DNA of 64,000 bases from an uncultured Alphaproteobacteria bacterium (GTDB taxonomy: Bacteria > Pseudomonadota > Alphaproteobacteria > Methylaequorales > Methylaequoraceae): NCBI GenBank assembly GCA_902523675.1, contig CABZAL010000003.1, positions 8,571-72,570 of the forward strand, given 5' to 3'. A program made the position numbers and the translations under genes. Each line of letters starts with the position of its first letter. The first letter of the stretch is position 1. The notes beneath the pieces are model-generated. The model was not told the origin of the DNA, searched no databases, and saw only the letters and a list, made by a program, of their open reading frames with translations. Below are positions 53,714-64,000 of this stretch, piece by piece.

Positions 53714-56545
53714 ACTTTCCCTTAGGCAAGTTGCTGTTGAATTTTGTTTTTCAAATAACAGACCTTCTACATTACCTTCATATAATATAAAACCCCCTTT
53801 CTCTCCACCATCTGGCCCTAAATCTATAACCCAATCTGAGGATTTAATCACATCTAAATTATGTTCAATGACGACTACAGTATTTTTTTTCTCTACTAAT
53901 TTATGCAAAACTTCAAGCAAATTTTTTACATCATGCGAGTGCAACCCAGTAGTGGGCTCATCTAAAATATAGATTGTCTTACCTGTAGATCTTTTAGATA
54001 ATTCTTTAGAAAGCTTAATTCTTTGTGCTTCTCCACCAGATAATGTAATAGCTGATTGTCCGATTTTAATATAATTTAAACCTACTTCATTGAGAGTTTC
54101 TAATTTTTTGTATACAGACGGTATTGCTTTAAAGAAATTCATACCCTCTTCAACTGTCATGTCAAGAATATCTGCTATATTCTTATTTTTAAATTTTACC
54201 TCCAAAGTTTCTCTATTAAATCTTTTTCCCTTACATACTTCGCATTTCACAAAAACATCAGATAAAAAATGCATTTCAATTCTTATCATTCCATCGCCCT
54301 GACAATTTTCACATCTACCTCCTTTTACATTAAATGAAAATCTGCCTGGTAGATATCCTCTCACTTTTGATTCTGGTAAATTTGCATACCAGTCTCGTAT
54401 AAAAGTAAAACAACCTGTATAAGTCGCTGGATTAGACCTTGGCGTTTTTCCAATCGGATTTTGGTCTATTTTTATAACTTTGTCGATATGCTCGTATCCT
54501 AAAATTTTTTTACAGGGTAAAGGATTTTCTTTGGATGAATTTAGTTTTTTGGATAAGTTTTTAAATAATGTTTCAATAATTAATGATGACTTACCACCTC
54601 CAGACACCCCAGTAACAGAAATAAAATTTTCTAGAGGAAATGTAACATTAACATTTTTTAAATTATTACCAACAGCACCTTCAACGTTTATTACTTTGTA
54701 ACTTTGAATTCTCTTATTCTTTTTATTAATTTTAACCTTATTATTTAGGTACTTTGCAGTAAGGCTTTTATGATTTTTTTTAACCTTTTCTGGTGTTCCT
54801 TGAGCCACAACTTCCCCTCCATTAATTCCCGCACCGACTCCAATGTCGATGAGGTAATCAGCAGCCAAAATCGTTTCTTCATCATGTTCAACAACTAGAA
54901 CACTATTTCCAAGATCTCTTAATTTATTAAGGGTTTTAATGAGCTTTTTATTGTCTTTCTGATGAAGTCCAATTGATGGTTCGTCCAAAACATACAACAC
55001 ACCTGTCAACCCAGAACCAATTTGTGAAGCTAATCTTATTCTCTGGCTTTCACCACCCGAGAGGGTTCTTGAACTCCTTGAAAGATTTAAATAGCCAAGC
55101 CCTACATCTTTTAAAAAAGTAAGTCTACTTTTTATTTCTTTAATAATCTTTTCAGAAACCTTTTTTTTAAAATCAGAAAGTTTTAAGTCTATAGAATCAA
55201 ACCACTCATAACATTCTAAAATTGACATTTTTGTAACTTCAAAAATAGTTTTATTTTCAATTTTTATTGCCATAGCCTCACTTTTTAATCTTGAACCATC
55301 GCACTTTTCACAAATAAATTGATTTAAATACTTTGTTAACTCCTCTCTTTGCCAGAGATCAGATCTAGCTAATTTTTTTTTTAGGAAACCAATAACACCT
55401 TCGTAAACTTTTTCTTCACTATAATTACGTTTGTAATAAGAAAATCCTATTTTTATTTTTCGGTCGCTTCCAAATATAATTTGATGTTTTATTTTTGAAC
55501 TAAGATCCTTCCATTTTTTATTTTTATTAATTCCAAAATGTTCTGCTATATTATTAATCAACTCAGTATAAAACGGATTATTTTTTTTATTCCATGGTAG
55601 TATAACACCCTCGGCTAATGATAAATTTTCATCTCCAATGAAAAGATCTGGATCAAACCTTTCTTTAAAACCTAATCCATCACATTCAGCACAAGCACCA
55701 TTAGGACTATTAAAAGAAAATAATCTTGGTTCAATTTCTTCAATTGTAAATCCAGAAATTGGACAAGCAAATTTGGATGAAAAAATTATTTTTTTATTAT
55801 CTTGTAATAACTCTACATAAATCACTCCATCTGATAAATTTAATGCAGCTTCAACTGATTCAGTTATTCTAGATCTATATTTTTTATCAACTATTAGTCT
55901 ATCCACAACAACTTGAATTGAATGTTTTTTATTCTTATCTAAATCGGGCAAATCTTCTACAGTATGATTTGTCTCATTAATTTTAAATCTGACAAATCCC
56001 TTGCTCTGTAGCTCAGCTAATTCTTTTTTAAATTCTCCTTTTCGATTATTTATTATTGGTGATAGTAATAAAAACTTTTCATTTTTTTCTAATTTTAAAA
56101 TTAAATCTACAATTTCGCTCACAGATTGTGACCTTATTTCTTTACCGGTTGTAGGTGAATAGGGTACGCCAATTCTTGCAAAAAGTAATCGCATATAATC
56201 ATAAATTTCTGTAACTGTTCCAACGGTAGATCTAGGGTTATTTGAAGTTGATTTTTGTTCTATGGATATTGCGGGTGATAGACCCTCTATTAAATCCACA
56301 TCTGGTTTTTCCATCATATCTAGAAATTGTCTAGCATAGGATGATAAGCTTTCTACATATCTCCTTTGTCCTTCAGCGTAAATTGTATCAAAAGCTAATG
56401 AGGATTTTCCCGAGCCTGAAAGACCTGTTATTACTACCAATTTATTTCTAGGAATGTTAATCGATATATTTTTTAAATTATGTTGTCTTGCTCCAACAAT
56501 TTGAATAAAATTATGAGGTTTATTTATTTTAACTTTTTTAAGCAT
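53708..56545 (-). CDS. uvrA: excinuclease ABC subunit A
   Basis: 945 aa. Two ABC modules (GLSGSGKSSLAFDT, GVSGGGKSSL; signatures LSGGESQR and LSGGEAQR) and CxxC zinc modules. Confidence 0.95.
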   Translation of the reverse strand: MLKKVKINKPHNFIQIVGARQHNLKNISINIPRNKLVVITGLSGSGKSSLAFDTIYAEGQRRYVESLSSYARQFLDMMEKPDVDLIEGLSPAISIEQKSTSNNPRSTVGTVTEIYDYMRLLFARIGVPYSPTTGKEIRSQSVSEIVDLILKLEKNEKFLLLSPIINNRKGEFKKELAELQSKGFVRFKINETNHTVEDLPDLDKNKKHSIQVVVDRLIVDKKYRSRITESVEAALNLSDGVIYVELLQDNKKIIFSSKFACPISGFTIEEIEPRLFSFNSPNGACAECDGLGFKERFDPDLFIGDENLSLAEGVILPWNKKNNPFYTELINNIAEHFGINKNKKWKDLSSKIKHQIIFGSDRKIKIGFSYYKRNYSEEKVYEGVIGFLKKKLARSDLWQREELTKYLNQFICEKCDGSRLKSEAMAIKIENKTIFEVTKMSILECYEWFDSIDLKLSDFKKKVSEKIIKEIKSRLTFLKDVGLGYLNLSRSSRTLSGGESQRIRLASQIGSGLTGVLYVLDEPSIGLHQKDNKKLIKTLNKLRDLGNSVLVVEHDEETILAADYLIDIGVGAGINGGEVVAQGTPEKVKKNHKSLTAKYLNNKVKINKKNKRIQSYKVINVEGAVGNNLKNVNVTFPLENFISVTGVSGGGKSSLIIETLFKNLSKKLNSSKENPLPCKKILGYEHIDKVIKIDQNPIGKTPRSNPATYTGCFTFIRDWYANLPESKVRGYLPGRFSFNVKGGRCENCQGDGMIRIEMHFLSDVFVKCEVCKGKRFNRETLEVKFKNKNIADILDMTVEEGMNFFKAIPSVYKKLETLNEVGLNYIKIGQSAITLSGGEAQRIKLSKELSKRSTGKTIYILDEPTTGLHSHDVKNLLEVLHKLVEKKNTVVVIEHNLDVIKSSDWVIDLGPDGGEKGGFILYEGNVEGLLFEKQNSTATCLRESL

Positions 56546-56622
56546 ACAATTAAATTATTCTATGTTGATTAGGAAGTAAATATGGTATTAATACAAAATA
56601 TTTCGATAGAAGAAAGAATTTA

Positions 56623-57081
56623 ATGGTTGGCACGGTAAACAAAGTAATACTTTTAGGTAGATTAGGAAATGATCCAGAAGTGCGCATGTCACAAGAGGGT
56701 AACAAAATAGTAAGATTATCTTTGGCCACTTCCGAATCTTGGAAAGATAAACAAACTAATGAGAGAAAAGAAAAAACTGAGTGGCATAGAGTGGTTATTT
56801 TTTCTCAAGGCTTAGCTGATATTGCTGAAAAATATTTAAAAAAAGGTTCAAAAGTTTTCCTAGAAGGTCAAATTCAGACGAGAAAATTTACTGACCAAGC
56901 TGGTATAGAAAAATTTACAACAGAGATTGTATTACAAAACTTTAATTCTTCATTAACAATGCTTGATTCTAGGTCTGAACAAAGTGATGAAATGCTTAAC
57001 TCAAATTTTTCAACTCAGGATGAAGGAGACATATCTAAAAAAATAGACAATGTTAATATCGATGACGAAATTCCATTTTAA
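56623..57081 (+). CDS. ssb: single-stranded DNA-binding protein
   Basis: 152 aa. OB fold NKVILLGRLGNDPE...TEWHRVV, acidic tip DDEIPF. Confidence 0.92.
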   Translation: MVGTVNKVILLGRLGNDPEVRMSQEGNKIVRLSLATSESWKDKQTNERKEKTEWHRVVIFSQGLADIAEKYLKKGSKVFLEGQIQTRKFTDQAGIEKFTTEIVLQNFNSSLTMLDSRSEQSDEMLNSNFSTQDEGDISKKIDNVNIDDEIPF

Positions 57082-57094
57082 ACTAAGTAAATAA

Positions 57095-59749
57095 ATGATT
57101 GATGACATAGACTCTGAAAATGATTTAAAATCTGAAGATATAAAAAAAATTGATATAGAAAAAGAAATGAGGAGCTCATTTCTCGATTATGCTATGAGCG
57201 TTATAGTTTCCAGAGCTCTTCCGGATGTTTGTGATGGTTTAAAACCAGTTCATAGAAGAATAATTCATGCTATGAACGAGGCAGGTTACGTAAACACTAA
57301 GCCAACCAGAAAGTCAGCCAGAATTGTTGGTGATGTGATGGGTAAATACCATCCTCATGGTGATTCAGCTATATATGATGCCATGGTAAGATTAGCTCAA
57401 GATTTTAACATGCGTGTTCCATTAATTGAAGGTCAAGGTAATTTTGGGTCAATGGATGGAGATTCAGCTGCTGCTATGAGATATACGGAAGCTAGATTAG
57501 CCGACATAGCTGCTTACCTTGTCAATGATATCAGTTTTAATACTGTGAATTTTAGAGATAATTACGATGGCTCAACTCAAGAACCTGAATTGTTACCAGC
57601 TGAATTCCCTAATTTATTAATCAATGGATCAGAGGGAATAGCTGTAGGTATGGCAACAAAAATACCTCCACATTGTCCTTCTGAAGTTATAGATGCTTGT
57701 TGTGCCTTTATTAGAAATCAAGAAATAACAAATGATGAGTTATTTACCTATGTTAAAGGACCAGATTTTCCAACAGGTGGAATAATTATAGGAAAAAATG
57801 GATTTAAACAGGCATATTTGACTGGAAAAGGATCAGTAATCATAAGAGGAAAAGTAAATGTAGAGGAAAGTAAAAGGTCTAGAGAATCAATAATCATTTC
57901 AGAAATTCCATTTTCAATTAAGAAATCTCAACTTATTGAAAGTATTGCCAAAGTTGCGAGAGATAAAAGTATAGAAGGAATCTCAGAACTTAGAGATGAG
58001 TCAAATAGGGAGGGAGTAAGAATCGTAATCGATCTTAAAAGGGATGTTCAGTCTAGTGTGGTCATTAATCAATTATACAGATATACATCTCTTCAAACTT
58101 CTTTTGGAATAAATATGTTAGCTCTGCATAATGGTGTTCCACAAGTATTATCCTTAAAAAGTGCCCTAAGGTTTTTTATTGATTTTAGAAAAGATATTGT
58201 TTTTAAAAGAACTAAGTTTCATTTATCGAAAACTAGAGAAAAAGCACACATTCTCTGTGGATTAGCAATTGCATTAGAAAATATAGATGAAATGATTGAT
58301 GTCATTAAAAATTCTGCAGATACCGCAGAAGCAAAGAAACAGTTGATTGAAAAAAAATGGGAGGTCTCGAAAGTTAAAAGTTTAATTGAAATAATCAATG
58401 ATCCTGAGCATAAAGTTGTTAACAACACTTATTTTCTCTCAGAAAGACAAGTCAAAGCTATACTAGAAATTCGATTAAGCAAATTGACTGGCCTAGAAAG
58501 ATCAAAGATTTCAGATGACTTAGAAGAATGCAGTCAGTTTATTGAAGAATATTTGAAGATATTATCTTCACCAGATGAACTTAACAAAGTTTTGATCAAA
58601 GGATTGCAACAAATAAAAGAAAAATTATCAGAAGACAGAAAAACTGAAATTTCTGAAATTGAAGAGACTATTGATGATGAATCTTTGATAAGTTCTGAAG
58701 AAATGGTTGTTACTGTGACCCATTCAGGTTACATAAAAAGAGTCCCGCTTTCCACTTACAGGTCACAAAGAAGAGGAGGTAAGGGAAGAGCAGGGATGTC
58801 AACAAAAGAAGAAGATTTTGTAAATCAGGTATTTGTGGTTAATACTCTAACTCCATTACTTTTCTTTTCGACGCGAGGGATTGTGTATAAATTAAAAACT
58901 TATAAAATCCCTATAGGTAATCCTCAATCTAAAGGAAAAGCCCTGATAAATTTATTGCCACTTAAATCTGATGAAAAAATAACAACTCTTACACCCTATA
59001 ATTCAGGTGAGAAATCAAATAATATTATATTTGCAACGTCAATGGGTAATGTAAGGAGGAATAAATTAACTGATTTTCAAAATATAAATGCTAATGGAAA
59101 AATTGCTATGAAGCTTGTTGAAGGAGATAAGTTGATAGATGTTATTACATGTTCAGAAGAATCACATATTTTTTTATCTACAAAATTAGGAAAGTGCATA
59201 AGGTTTATTGCTAAAGATATAAGATTATTTTCTGGAAGATCATCCGTAGGAGTAAGAGGAATTAAACTACAAAATAAAGATTCAGTTATATCCCTCGCGA
59301 TACTAAAAGAAATTACCTTTGACATTGAGGAAAGAGATAATTATTTAAAAATATCAAATTCAATAAGAAAAAAAGAACAATACGATAAGAGTTTAGTTGA
59401 TGAAAAAAAACTAAATGATCTGCAGGACAATGAAGAATTTATTTTAAGTGTAACAGATAAGGGCTTTGGCAAAAGGAGCTCTGCATATGAATATCGTGTA
59501 ACTAAAAGAGGCGGGATGGGAATAGCTAACATGCAACTTTCAGATAGAAACGGTTCAGAAATTGTGGCTTCATTTCCGATAAACAATAGTGATCAACTTA
59601 TGTTAGTTACAGATAATGGAAAATTAATAAGATGTCCTGTAAAAGGGGTAAGAGTTGCTGGAAGACAAACTCAAGGTGTTACATTATTTAACGTATCAGA
59701 TAACGAAAAAGTTGTGTCAGTCGCAAAGTTAGAAGAAAATGAAGAATAG
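57095..59749 (+). CDS. gyrA: DNA gyrase subunit A
   Basis: 884 aa. DGLKPVHRR, the active-site region AAMRYTEARL, and C-terminal beta-pinwheel repeats. Confidence 0.95.
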   Translation: MIDDIDSENDLKSEDIKKIDIEKEMRSSFLDYAMSVIVSRALPDVCDGLKPVHRRIIHAMNEAGYVNTKPTRKSARIVGDVMGKYHPHGDSAIYDAMVRLAQDFNMRVPLIEGQGNFGSMDGDSAAAMRYTEARLADIAAYLVNDISFNTVNFRDNYDGSTQEPELLPAEFPNLLINGSEGIAVGMATKIPPHCPSEVIDACCAFIRNQEITNDELFTYVKGPDFPTGGIIIGKNGFKQAYLTGKGSVIIRGKVNVEESKRSRESIIISEIPFSIKKSQLIESIAKVARDKSIEGISELRDESNREGVRIVIDLKRDVQSSVVINQLYRYTSLQTSFGINMLALHNGVPQVLSLKSALRFFIDFRKDIVFKRTKFHLSKTREKAHILCGLAIALENIDEMIDVIKNSADTAEAKKQLIEKKWEVSKVKSLIEIINDPEHKVVNNTYFLSERQVKAILEIRLSKLTGLERSKISDDLEECSQFIEEYLKILSSPDELNKVLIKGLQQIKEKLSEDRKTEISEIEETIDDESLISSEEMVVTVTHSGYIKRVPLSTYRSQRRGGKGRAGMSTKEEDFVNQVFVVNTLTPLLFFSTRGIVYKLKTYKIPIGNPQSKGKALINLLPLKSDEKITTLTPYNSGEKSNNIIFATSMGNVRRNKLTDFQNINANGKIAMKLVEGDKLIDVITCSEESHIFLSTKLGKCIRFIAKDIRLFSGRSSVGVRGIKLQNKDSVISLAILKEITFDIEERDNYLKISNSIRKKEQYDKSLVDEKKLNDLQDNEEFILSVTDKGFGKRSSAYEYRVTKRGGMGIANMQLSDRNGSEIVASFPINNSDQLMLVTDNGKLIRCPVKGVRVAGRQTQGVTLFNVSDNEKVVSVAKLEENEE

Positions 59750-60257
59750 TAATGAAATTATTGGTATTTACCCCGGTACTTTTGATCCAATTACTTATGG
59801 TCATTTGGATATTATTAATAGAGCTACTCACATAGTTAATAATTTAGTTATTAGTGTAGCAGATAATAAGCACAAAAAACCATACTTTGAATTGAGTGAA
59901 AGAATTTCAATGATCAAAGATTCGATTACACCAATTAAAACAAACTGTAATATAAAGGTTGTTGGATTTAACAATTTACTTGTAGAGCATGCAAAAGATT
60001 TTGGAGCAAAAGTTATTATTCGTGGGTTGAGAGCAGTTGCAGATTTTGAATATGAATTTCAAATGGCTGGAATGAATTCTAAATTATCGCCTGATATTGA
60101 AACAATTTTTCTTATGGCTTCAGAAAACCTACAACTTACATCAGCTAGATTTGTAAAAGAAGTTGCTTTTCACAATGGTAATATAAAACCATTTGTTCCT
60201 AGGAATGTTCTAAAAATTTTTAATAAAAAATTAAAGGAGTCTAAAAATGAAATTTAA
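59739..60257 (+). CDS. coaD: phosphopantetheine adenylyltransferase
   Basis: 172 aa. YPGTFDPITYGHLDII. Confidence 0.92.
   Translation: MKNSNEIIGIYPGTFDPITYGHLDIINRATHIVNNLVISVADNKHKKPYFELSERISMIKDSITPIKTNCNIKVVGFNNLLVEHAKDFGAKVIIRGLRAVADFEYEFQMAGMNSKLSPDIETIFLMASENLQLTSARFVKEVAFHNGNIKPFVPRNVLKIFNKKLKESKNEI
60234..60239 (+). promoter_or_regulatory. Shine-Dalgarno AAGGAG for the cyclophilin gene, embedded in the coaD 3' end
   Basis: AAGGAG lies 7 nt upstream of ATG 60247. Confidence 0.45.
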
Positions 60258-60792
60258 ATTATTGAAAGCACTTTGTCTTGGTTTAATTGTCCTTAAATCA
60301 TTTTTTACTTCTCATGAGGTTAAATCTCAAGAAGAGAAAATTATTTTTATGGTTTTGGAAACTGGTTTAGTAAAAATTGAAACCTTTCCTGAATTTGCTC
60401 CCAAAACTGTAAAAAGAATAATAGAATTGTCAAATAATGGTTTTTATGATGGACTGACTTTTCACAGAGTTATAAAAGGCTTTATGGCTCAAGGTGGTGA
60501 TCCAGAAGGAAATGGAACAGGTGGAAGTGGAAAGAATTTAAACGCAGAATTTAACGAATTGAAGCATACAAGAGGTATTGTATCTATGGCTAGAGCGAAT
60601 GATCCTGATTCTGCGGATAGTCAATTCTTTATTTGTTATGATTCTCATCCATTTTTAGATAATAAATATACCATTTGGGGTAAAGTTATTGAAGGAATGC
60701 ATTTAATTGATAGAATACCAGAGGGCAAGGGGTCTAATGGACAAGTATTAGAGAATCCAACAAGGATTTTATCGATGAGAACAAAAAATTAA
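60247..60792 (+). CDS. periplasmic cyclophilin-type peptidyl-prolyl cis-trans isomerase
   Basis: 181 aa with a signal peptide (LLKALCLGLIVLKSFF). FHRVIKGFMAQGGDP and SQFFICY. Confidence 0.9.
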   Translation: MKFKLLKALCLGLIVLKSFFTSHEVKSQEEKIIFMVLETGLVKIETFPEFAPKTVKRIIELSNNGFYDGLTFHRVIKGFMAQGGDPEGNGTGGSGKNLNAEFNELKHTRGIVSMARANDPDSADSQFFICYDSHPFLDNKYTIWGKVIEGMHLIDRIPEGKGSNGQVLENPTRILSMRTKN

Positions 60793-60840
60793 TTTTTTTT
60801 ATTGTTTATTTTTTAATTCTTCATTATATCCTTTAAATAC

Positions 60841-60916
60841 GCGCCGGTAGCTCAGTTGGTAGAGCACTCCCCTTTTAAGGGAGCTGTCATGAGTTCGAGC
60901 CTCATCCGGCGTACCA
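60841..60916 (+). tRNA. tRNA-Lys (TTT), CCA encoded
   Basis: Hand-folded, 76 nt: GCGCCGG-TA-GCTC-AGTTGGTA-GAGC-A-CTCCC-CTTTTAA-GGGAG-CTGTC-ATGAG-TTCGAGC-CTCAT-CCGGCGT-A-CCA (G1:U72 wobble). Confidence 0.9.
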
Positions 60917-60924
60917 TAATATTT

Positions 60925-61581
60925 ATGAATGAAGATAGAAAAAAAATTGCTCCCATAAAATTACTTGTTGTTAAGTTACGAAGTTATTTTTTTACAGGTA
61001 TTTTAATAACAGCTCCAGTAGTAATTACATTTTGGATTGTTGTAACTCTTGTAAAAGTTTTTGATAATCTAGTAACTCCCTTGATACCTTACAAATTTAA
61101 TCCTAATGTTTATTTACCTTATGAAATACCAGGGATTGGTTTAATTGCACTAGTGACCTTCATGGTAATAATAGGTTTTGTAACTGCAAATTTTTTTGGG
61201 AGATGGATTTTAAAAAAAACAGAATTAATACTTCAAAATATTCCTTTAATAAAAGTTTTCTACAAAACTATTAAACAGATATTAGAAACTGTTTTAAAAA
61301 ACAATTCTACTGCTTTCAGAAAAGTAGTTCTTGTTGAGTATCCGAGAAAAGATGTTTGGGTAATTGGATTTACAACAGGTGAAACAGGTGGTGAAGTAAA
61401 AAATAAAATCAGATCAAAACTGATTAATGTGTTTGTTCCGACCACGCCTAACCCTACATCCGGATTTTTATTATTCGTTCCTGAAAAACAATTAAAATAC
61501 TTAAACATAAGAGTTGATGATGCTATAAAAACTGTTGTTTCAGCTGGAATTGTTACTGCAAAAAGTCAACCATTGAAATAG
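60925..61581 (+). CDS. DUF502-family membrane protein
   Basis: I place the true start at MNEDRKKIAP (ATG 60925). The ORF-track start at 60856 lies inside the tRNA-Lys gene. Two TM, then the conserved VPTTPNPTSGFLLFVP segment typical of DUF502 as I recall it. Confidence 0.7.
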   Translation: MNEDRKKIAPIKLLVVKLRSYFFTGILITAPVVITFWIVVTLVKVFDNLVTPLIPYKFNPNVYLPYEIPGIGLIALVTFMVIIGFVTANFFGRWILKKTELILQNIPLIKVFYKTIKQILETVLKNNSTAFRKVVLVEYPRKDVWVIGFTTGETGGEVKNKIRSKLINVFVPTTPNPTSGFLLFVPEKQLKYLNIRVDDAIKTVVSAGIVTAKSQPLK

Positions 61582-63653
61582 TTTTTTACTTCTTCTTTTT
61601 TAAAAAATATGTTGATTAGTAAGTATATTTGATCTTTGTGTGCTTTGATATCTCTGATCATTCGTTTAGAATTTTCCTTTGCAAAATTTATAATGTCTAA
61701 ATCTAAATAAGGATTAAAAAACTTCCATTGTGGTAGACCAGTTTGTTTTGTACCAAAAATTTCTCCTGATCCTCTCATCTTTAAATCTTGTTCTGCAATA
61801 AAAAAACCATCGTTTGAGCTTTTCATAATTAATAATCTTTTAATACCATTTTCATTGATATTCTCAGTATGAATGAGAATACAATTAGATTTAATTTTAC
61901 CTCTTCCTACTCTCCCTCTCAATTGATGAAGTTGAGCCAATCCAAATTTATTAGCATCTTCAATTACGATTAAACCAGCTTCTGGTATATCAAAACCAAC
62001 CTCAATCACAGTGGTTGAAACAAGAATTTTATACTCATTTTTTCTGAATTTTTGTATTTTTTCGTCAAATTCATTTTTTTTCATTTTACCATGTATACAA
62101 GTAACTAAACCCGGAAAAATTTTTTCTAAAAAGTTATATCTGAATAATATCGATCTTTTATCATCATTATCATTCAAACCAATTTCTGGCATCACCCAAA
62201 AAATTTTTTCATTATTTTTAATTTTTCTTTCCATCCCTTGAATTAGTTGATCAATTTTATTTTTATTTATTATGTTAGTTGTTATAGGTTTTTGACTAGA
62301 CGGTTTCTGCTTTAAAACTGAAACATCAATTTCACCATAAATTGCAAATGCAAGGCTTCTAGGTATGGGTGTTGCAGACATAATAAGAACATGACTATTA
62401 ACGGCTTTGTTTAAAAGTTTCATTCTTTGATTAACTCCAAATTTGTGTTGTTCATCTATAACAATCAACCCCAGTTTTTTAAATTTTATATCTTTATTAA
62501 ATAATGCGTGTGTACCAATTATTATTTTAACTTTATTAGTTGCTAGTTCTTCGTAAATTATTTTCTTTTCATTTAATTTAGTTTTACTTGAAATTTTTTT
62601 GATATTTATTTCAAAGGGATTAAGTATTTTTGAAAAATAATCAAAATGTTGTTGTGCTAGAACCTCGGTCGGAACTAATAATGCTGCCTGAAAACCAGAA
62701 CTGACCAAGTCAGAAATAGCTAAAAGTGAAATAATTGTTTTTCCAGAGCCAACGTCACCTTGAAGAAGTCTGTACATTCTAATTTTATTAGATAAATTTT
62801 TTGATATCTCTTCATAAATATTTTTTTGTTGATCTGTAAGTTCAAATGATAAACTACTAATGATCTTATTCGATATATTTTTTCCACAAACAACTGATGA
62901 TTGCTCTTTCTTATTTGATCTCTTAAGAATAGAAAGAGTTAAAAAATTTGACAATATTTCATCATAAGCCAATCTTTTTCTTATTTGATTATAAGATCTA
63001 TCTGAAAATTCTTTTGGTGGAGAATGAAGTGATATAATGGAATCTTTGAAACTTAACCAAGTTTTCTTGGAAAAAAAATCATTTGATATCCACTCTTCTG
63101 GTAATTCTATTTTTCTAAAAAACTCTAAGTTTTTTTCAACAAGCTCAGTAAATTTATTTTTATTTATTTTTAATTTAGAAATATTGTAGACTGGTTGGCA
63201 TTCAACAAAATTACTTAGATTGCTAATTTCAAAAAAACTTTCTGGATGAATAATTTGATAATAATTATTTTGAAATGATAGGTTACCAGTAAATCTATAT
63301 ATTTTTCCAATTAAAAAAACTTTTTTAATATAAAATTGATTTATATTAAAATAAACTATTTTAAAATATTGATTAAACCTATTTTTGCAATTAATGATAA
63401 ATGGCTTTTTTTTATTATATGTCGGTTCAAATGAAATGATCTCCAAATCAATCGAGTTAAATTTATTGATATCGTTATCATCGATTTTTCTATCTAAAAA
63501 CTTTCTAAATATGAATCTATTTGGATTTAAAAGTAACAGATCAATCACCCTTTTTCCTATCGATGAAGCGATTTTTTCAAAAAATTGCTTGTTTTTATAA
63601 TCAATTTTTGTAATTTGATTAAGAATTTGCTTTGAATTGTATTTAGCGTTCAT
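61566..63653 (-). CDS. recG: ATP-dependent DNA helicase RecG
   Basis: 695 aa with a wedge/OB N-terminus. Helicase motifs LLQGDVGSGKT and VIDEQHKFG, plus C-terminal QLHQLRGRVGRG. Confidence 0.92.
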   Translation of the reverse strand: MNAKYNSKQILNQITKIDYKNKQFFEKIASSIGKRVIDLLLLNPNRFIFRKFLDRKIDDNDINKFNSIDLEIISFEPTYNKKKPFIINCKNRFNQYFKIVYFNINQFYIKKVFLIGKIYRFTGNLSFQNNYYQIIHPESFFEISNLSNFVECQPVYNISKLKINKNKFTELVEKNLEFFRKIELPEEWISNDFFSKKTWLSFKDSIISLHSPPKEFSDRSYNQIRKRLAYDEILSNFLTLSILKRSNKKEQSSVVCGKNISNKIISSLSFELTDQQKNIYEEISKNLSNKIRMYRLLQGDVGSGKTIISLLAISDLVSSGFQAALLVPTEVLAQQHFDYFSKILNPFEINIKKISSKTKLNEKKIIYEELATNKVKIIIGTHALFNKDIKFKKLGLIVIDEQHKFGVNQRMKLLNKAVNSHVLIMSATPIPRSLAFAIYGEIDVSVLKQKPSSQKPITTNIINKNKIDQLIQGMERKIKNNEKIFWVMPEIGLNDNDDKRSILFRYNFLEKIFPGLVTCIHGKMKKNEFDEKIQKFRKNEYKILVSTTVIEVGFDIPEAGLIVIEDANKFGLAQLHQLRGRVGRGKIKSNCILIHTENINENGIKRLLIMKSSNDGFFIAEQDLKMRGSGEIFGTKQTGLPQWKFFNPYLDLDIINFAKENSKRMIRDIKAHKDQIYLLINIFFKKEEVKNYFNG

Positions 63654-63688
63654 TCTAAATTCACCCTTTAATTACTTTTTAAACTAAT

Positions 63689-63943
63689 ATGTCTGAAAAT
63701 TATTATATAAAAAAAAAAAAGATTTTATATAGATTAAAATATAGAGGTATTAAAGAACTAGATCTATTATTTGAAAGGTTCTCTGAGAAATATTTTAAAA
63801 ATTTGTCTGAAAAAGAATTAATTGAATTAGATGAACTATTAACCGTACCTGATCAGGAGCTCCTTGATATGATTATGAAAAAAAAAAAGTTACCTAAAAA
63901 ACTTAACAATAAAACATTTGAAAGACTAATTTCCAAAAATTAG
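63689..63943 (+). CDS. sdhE: succinate dehydrogenase flavinylation/assembly factor (SdhE / SDHAF2, YgfY family)
   Basis: 84 aa. LKYRGIKELDLLFERF...LSEKELIELDELL...DQELLDMI matches the RGxxE-containing SdhE fold pattern. Confidence 0.75.
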   Translation: MSENYYIKKKKILYRLKYRGIKELDLLFERFSEKYFKNLSEKELIELDELLTVPDQELLDMIMKKKKLPKKLNNKTFERLISKN

Positions 63944-64000
63944 ATGTTCACCAAACATAATCATCTTAAATTTGATTTAGAGAAAACAAATATAAATCTA
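63944..64000 (+). CDS. 5' end (19 codons) of an ORF running off the right edge; by alphaproteobacterial synteny (recG-sdhE-mfd) possibly mfd
   Basis: The ATG directly abuts the sdhE stop (TAGATG). MFTKHNHLKFDLEKTNINL is too short to identify. Confidence 0.25.
   Translation, partial: MFTKHNHLKFDLEKTNINL

Noticed and set aside
56546-56622. Looked for an alphaproteobacterial SOS (LexA) box in the divergent uvrA/ssb spacer.
   Set aside because: No GTTC/GAAC half-sites of the GTTC-N7-GTTC or GAAC-N7-GAAC type are present in the 77-bp spacer. Nothing supports a LexA operator.
1-64000. Scanned for CRISPR-like regularly spaced repeats, rRNA, IS elements or transposases, long inverted or direct repeats, and known defence-system hallmarks.
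   Set aside because: None was seen. Coding density leaves no room for arrays, and no ORF carries transposase, integrase, restriction, Cas or reverse-transcriptase motifs that I can recognise. A computational repeat search would be more sensitive than reading by eye.

Overview
The window is very AT-rich and extremely gene-dense. By my tally about 97% is coding: roughly 66 CDS and 3 tRNAs, no intergenic gap longer than about 150 bp, and many 1-44 nt gene overlaps. Gene content and the Lys/Asn/Ile-rich proteins look like a streamlined marine alphaproteobacterium of the Pelagibacterales (SAR11) type; this is an inference from composition and gene content, not a search result.

Most of the window is core housekeeping in typical alphaproteobacterial order:
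- Transport and central carbon: actP-DUF485-aldehyde dehydrogenase, folE-hisI, AcrAB-type RND pump, rpe-fba-pgk-tkt.
- Translation and cell envelope: valS, ilvD, xthA, erpA, dgt, argS, SPOR-nagZ-scpAB-tatABC-serS-pcm-nlpD, yajC-secDF.
- DNA metabolism: uvrA/ssb-gyrA-coaD-ppi, recG-sdhE.

I saw no CRISPR array, rRNA, transposase, integrase or prophage.

The only stretch that looks non-core is about 15.7-24.6 kb. It holds my best candidates for undescribed biology:
1. A translationally coupled pair: an SPL-family radical-SAM enzyme with a PNP/UDP (Pfs/MqnB/HpnG-like) nucleosidase homologue that carries an extra C-terminal tail (22840-24640).
2. A two-gene operon: a Cas4-like PD-(D/E)XK nuclease followed by an ATP-dependent DNA ligase, with no Ku, Lhr or MBL-exonuclease partner (20271-22311).
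3. A four-gene operon of exported or unknown proteins (two tiny unknown proteins, an MxaD-like SRPBCC protein, a YVTN beta-propeller), divergent from an HpnN-like MMPL lipid exporter (15715-20264).

An orphan FwdA/FhcA-like amidohydrolase (5104-6756) is also worth a look. All functional calls rest on motif recognition by eye. No database search was run.
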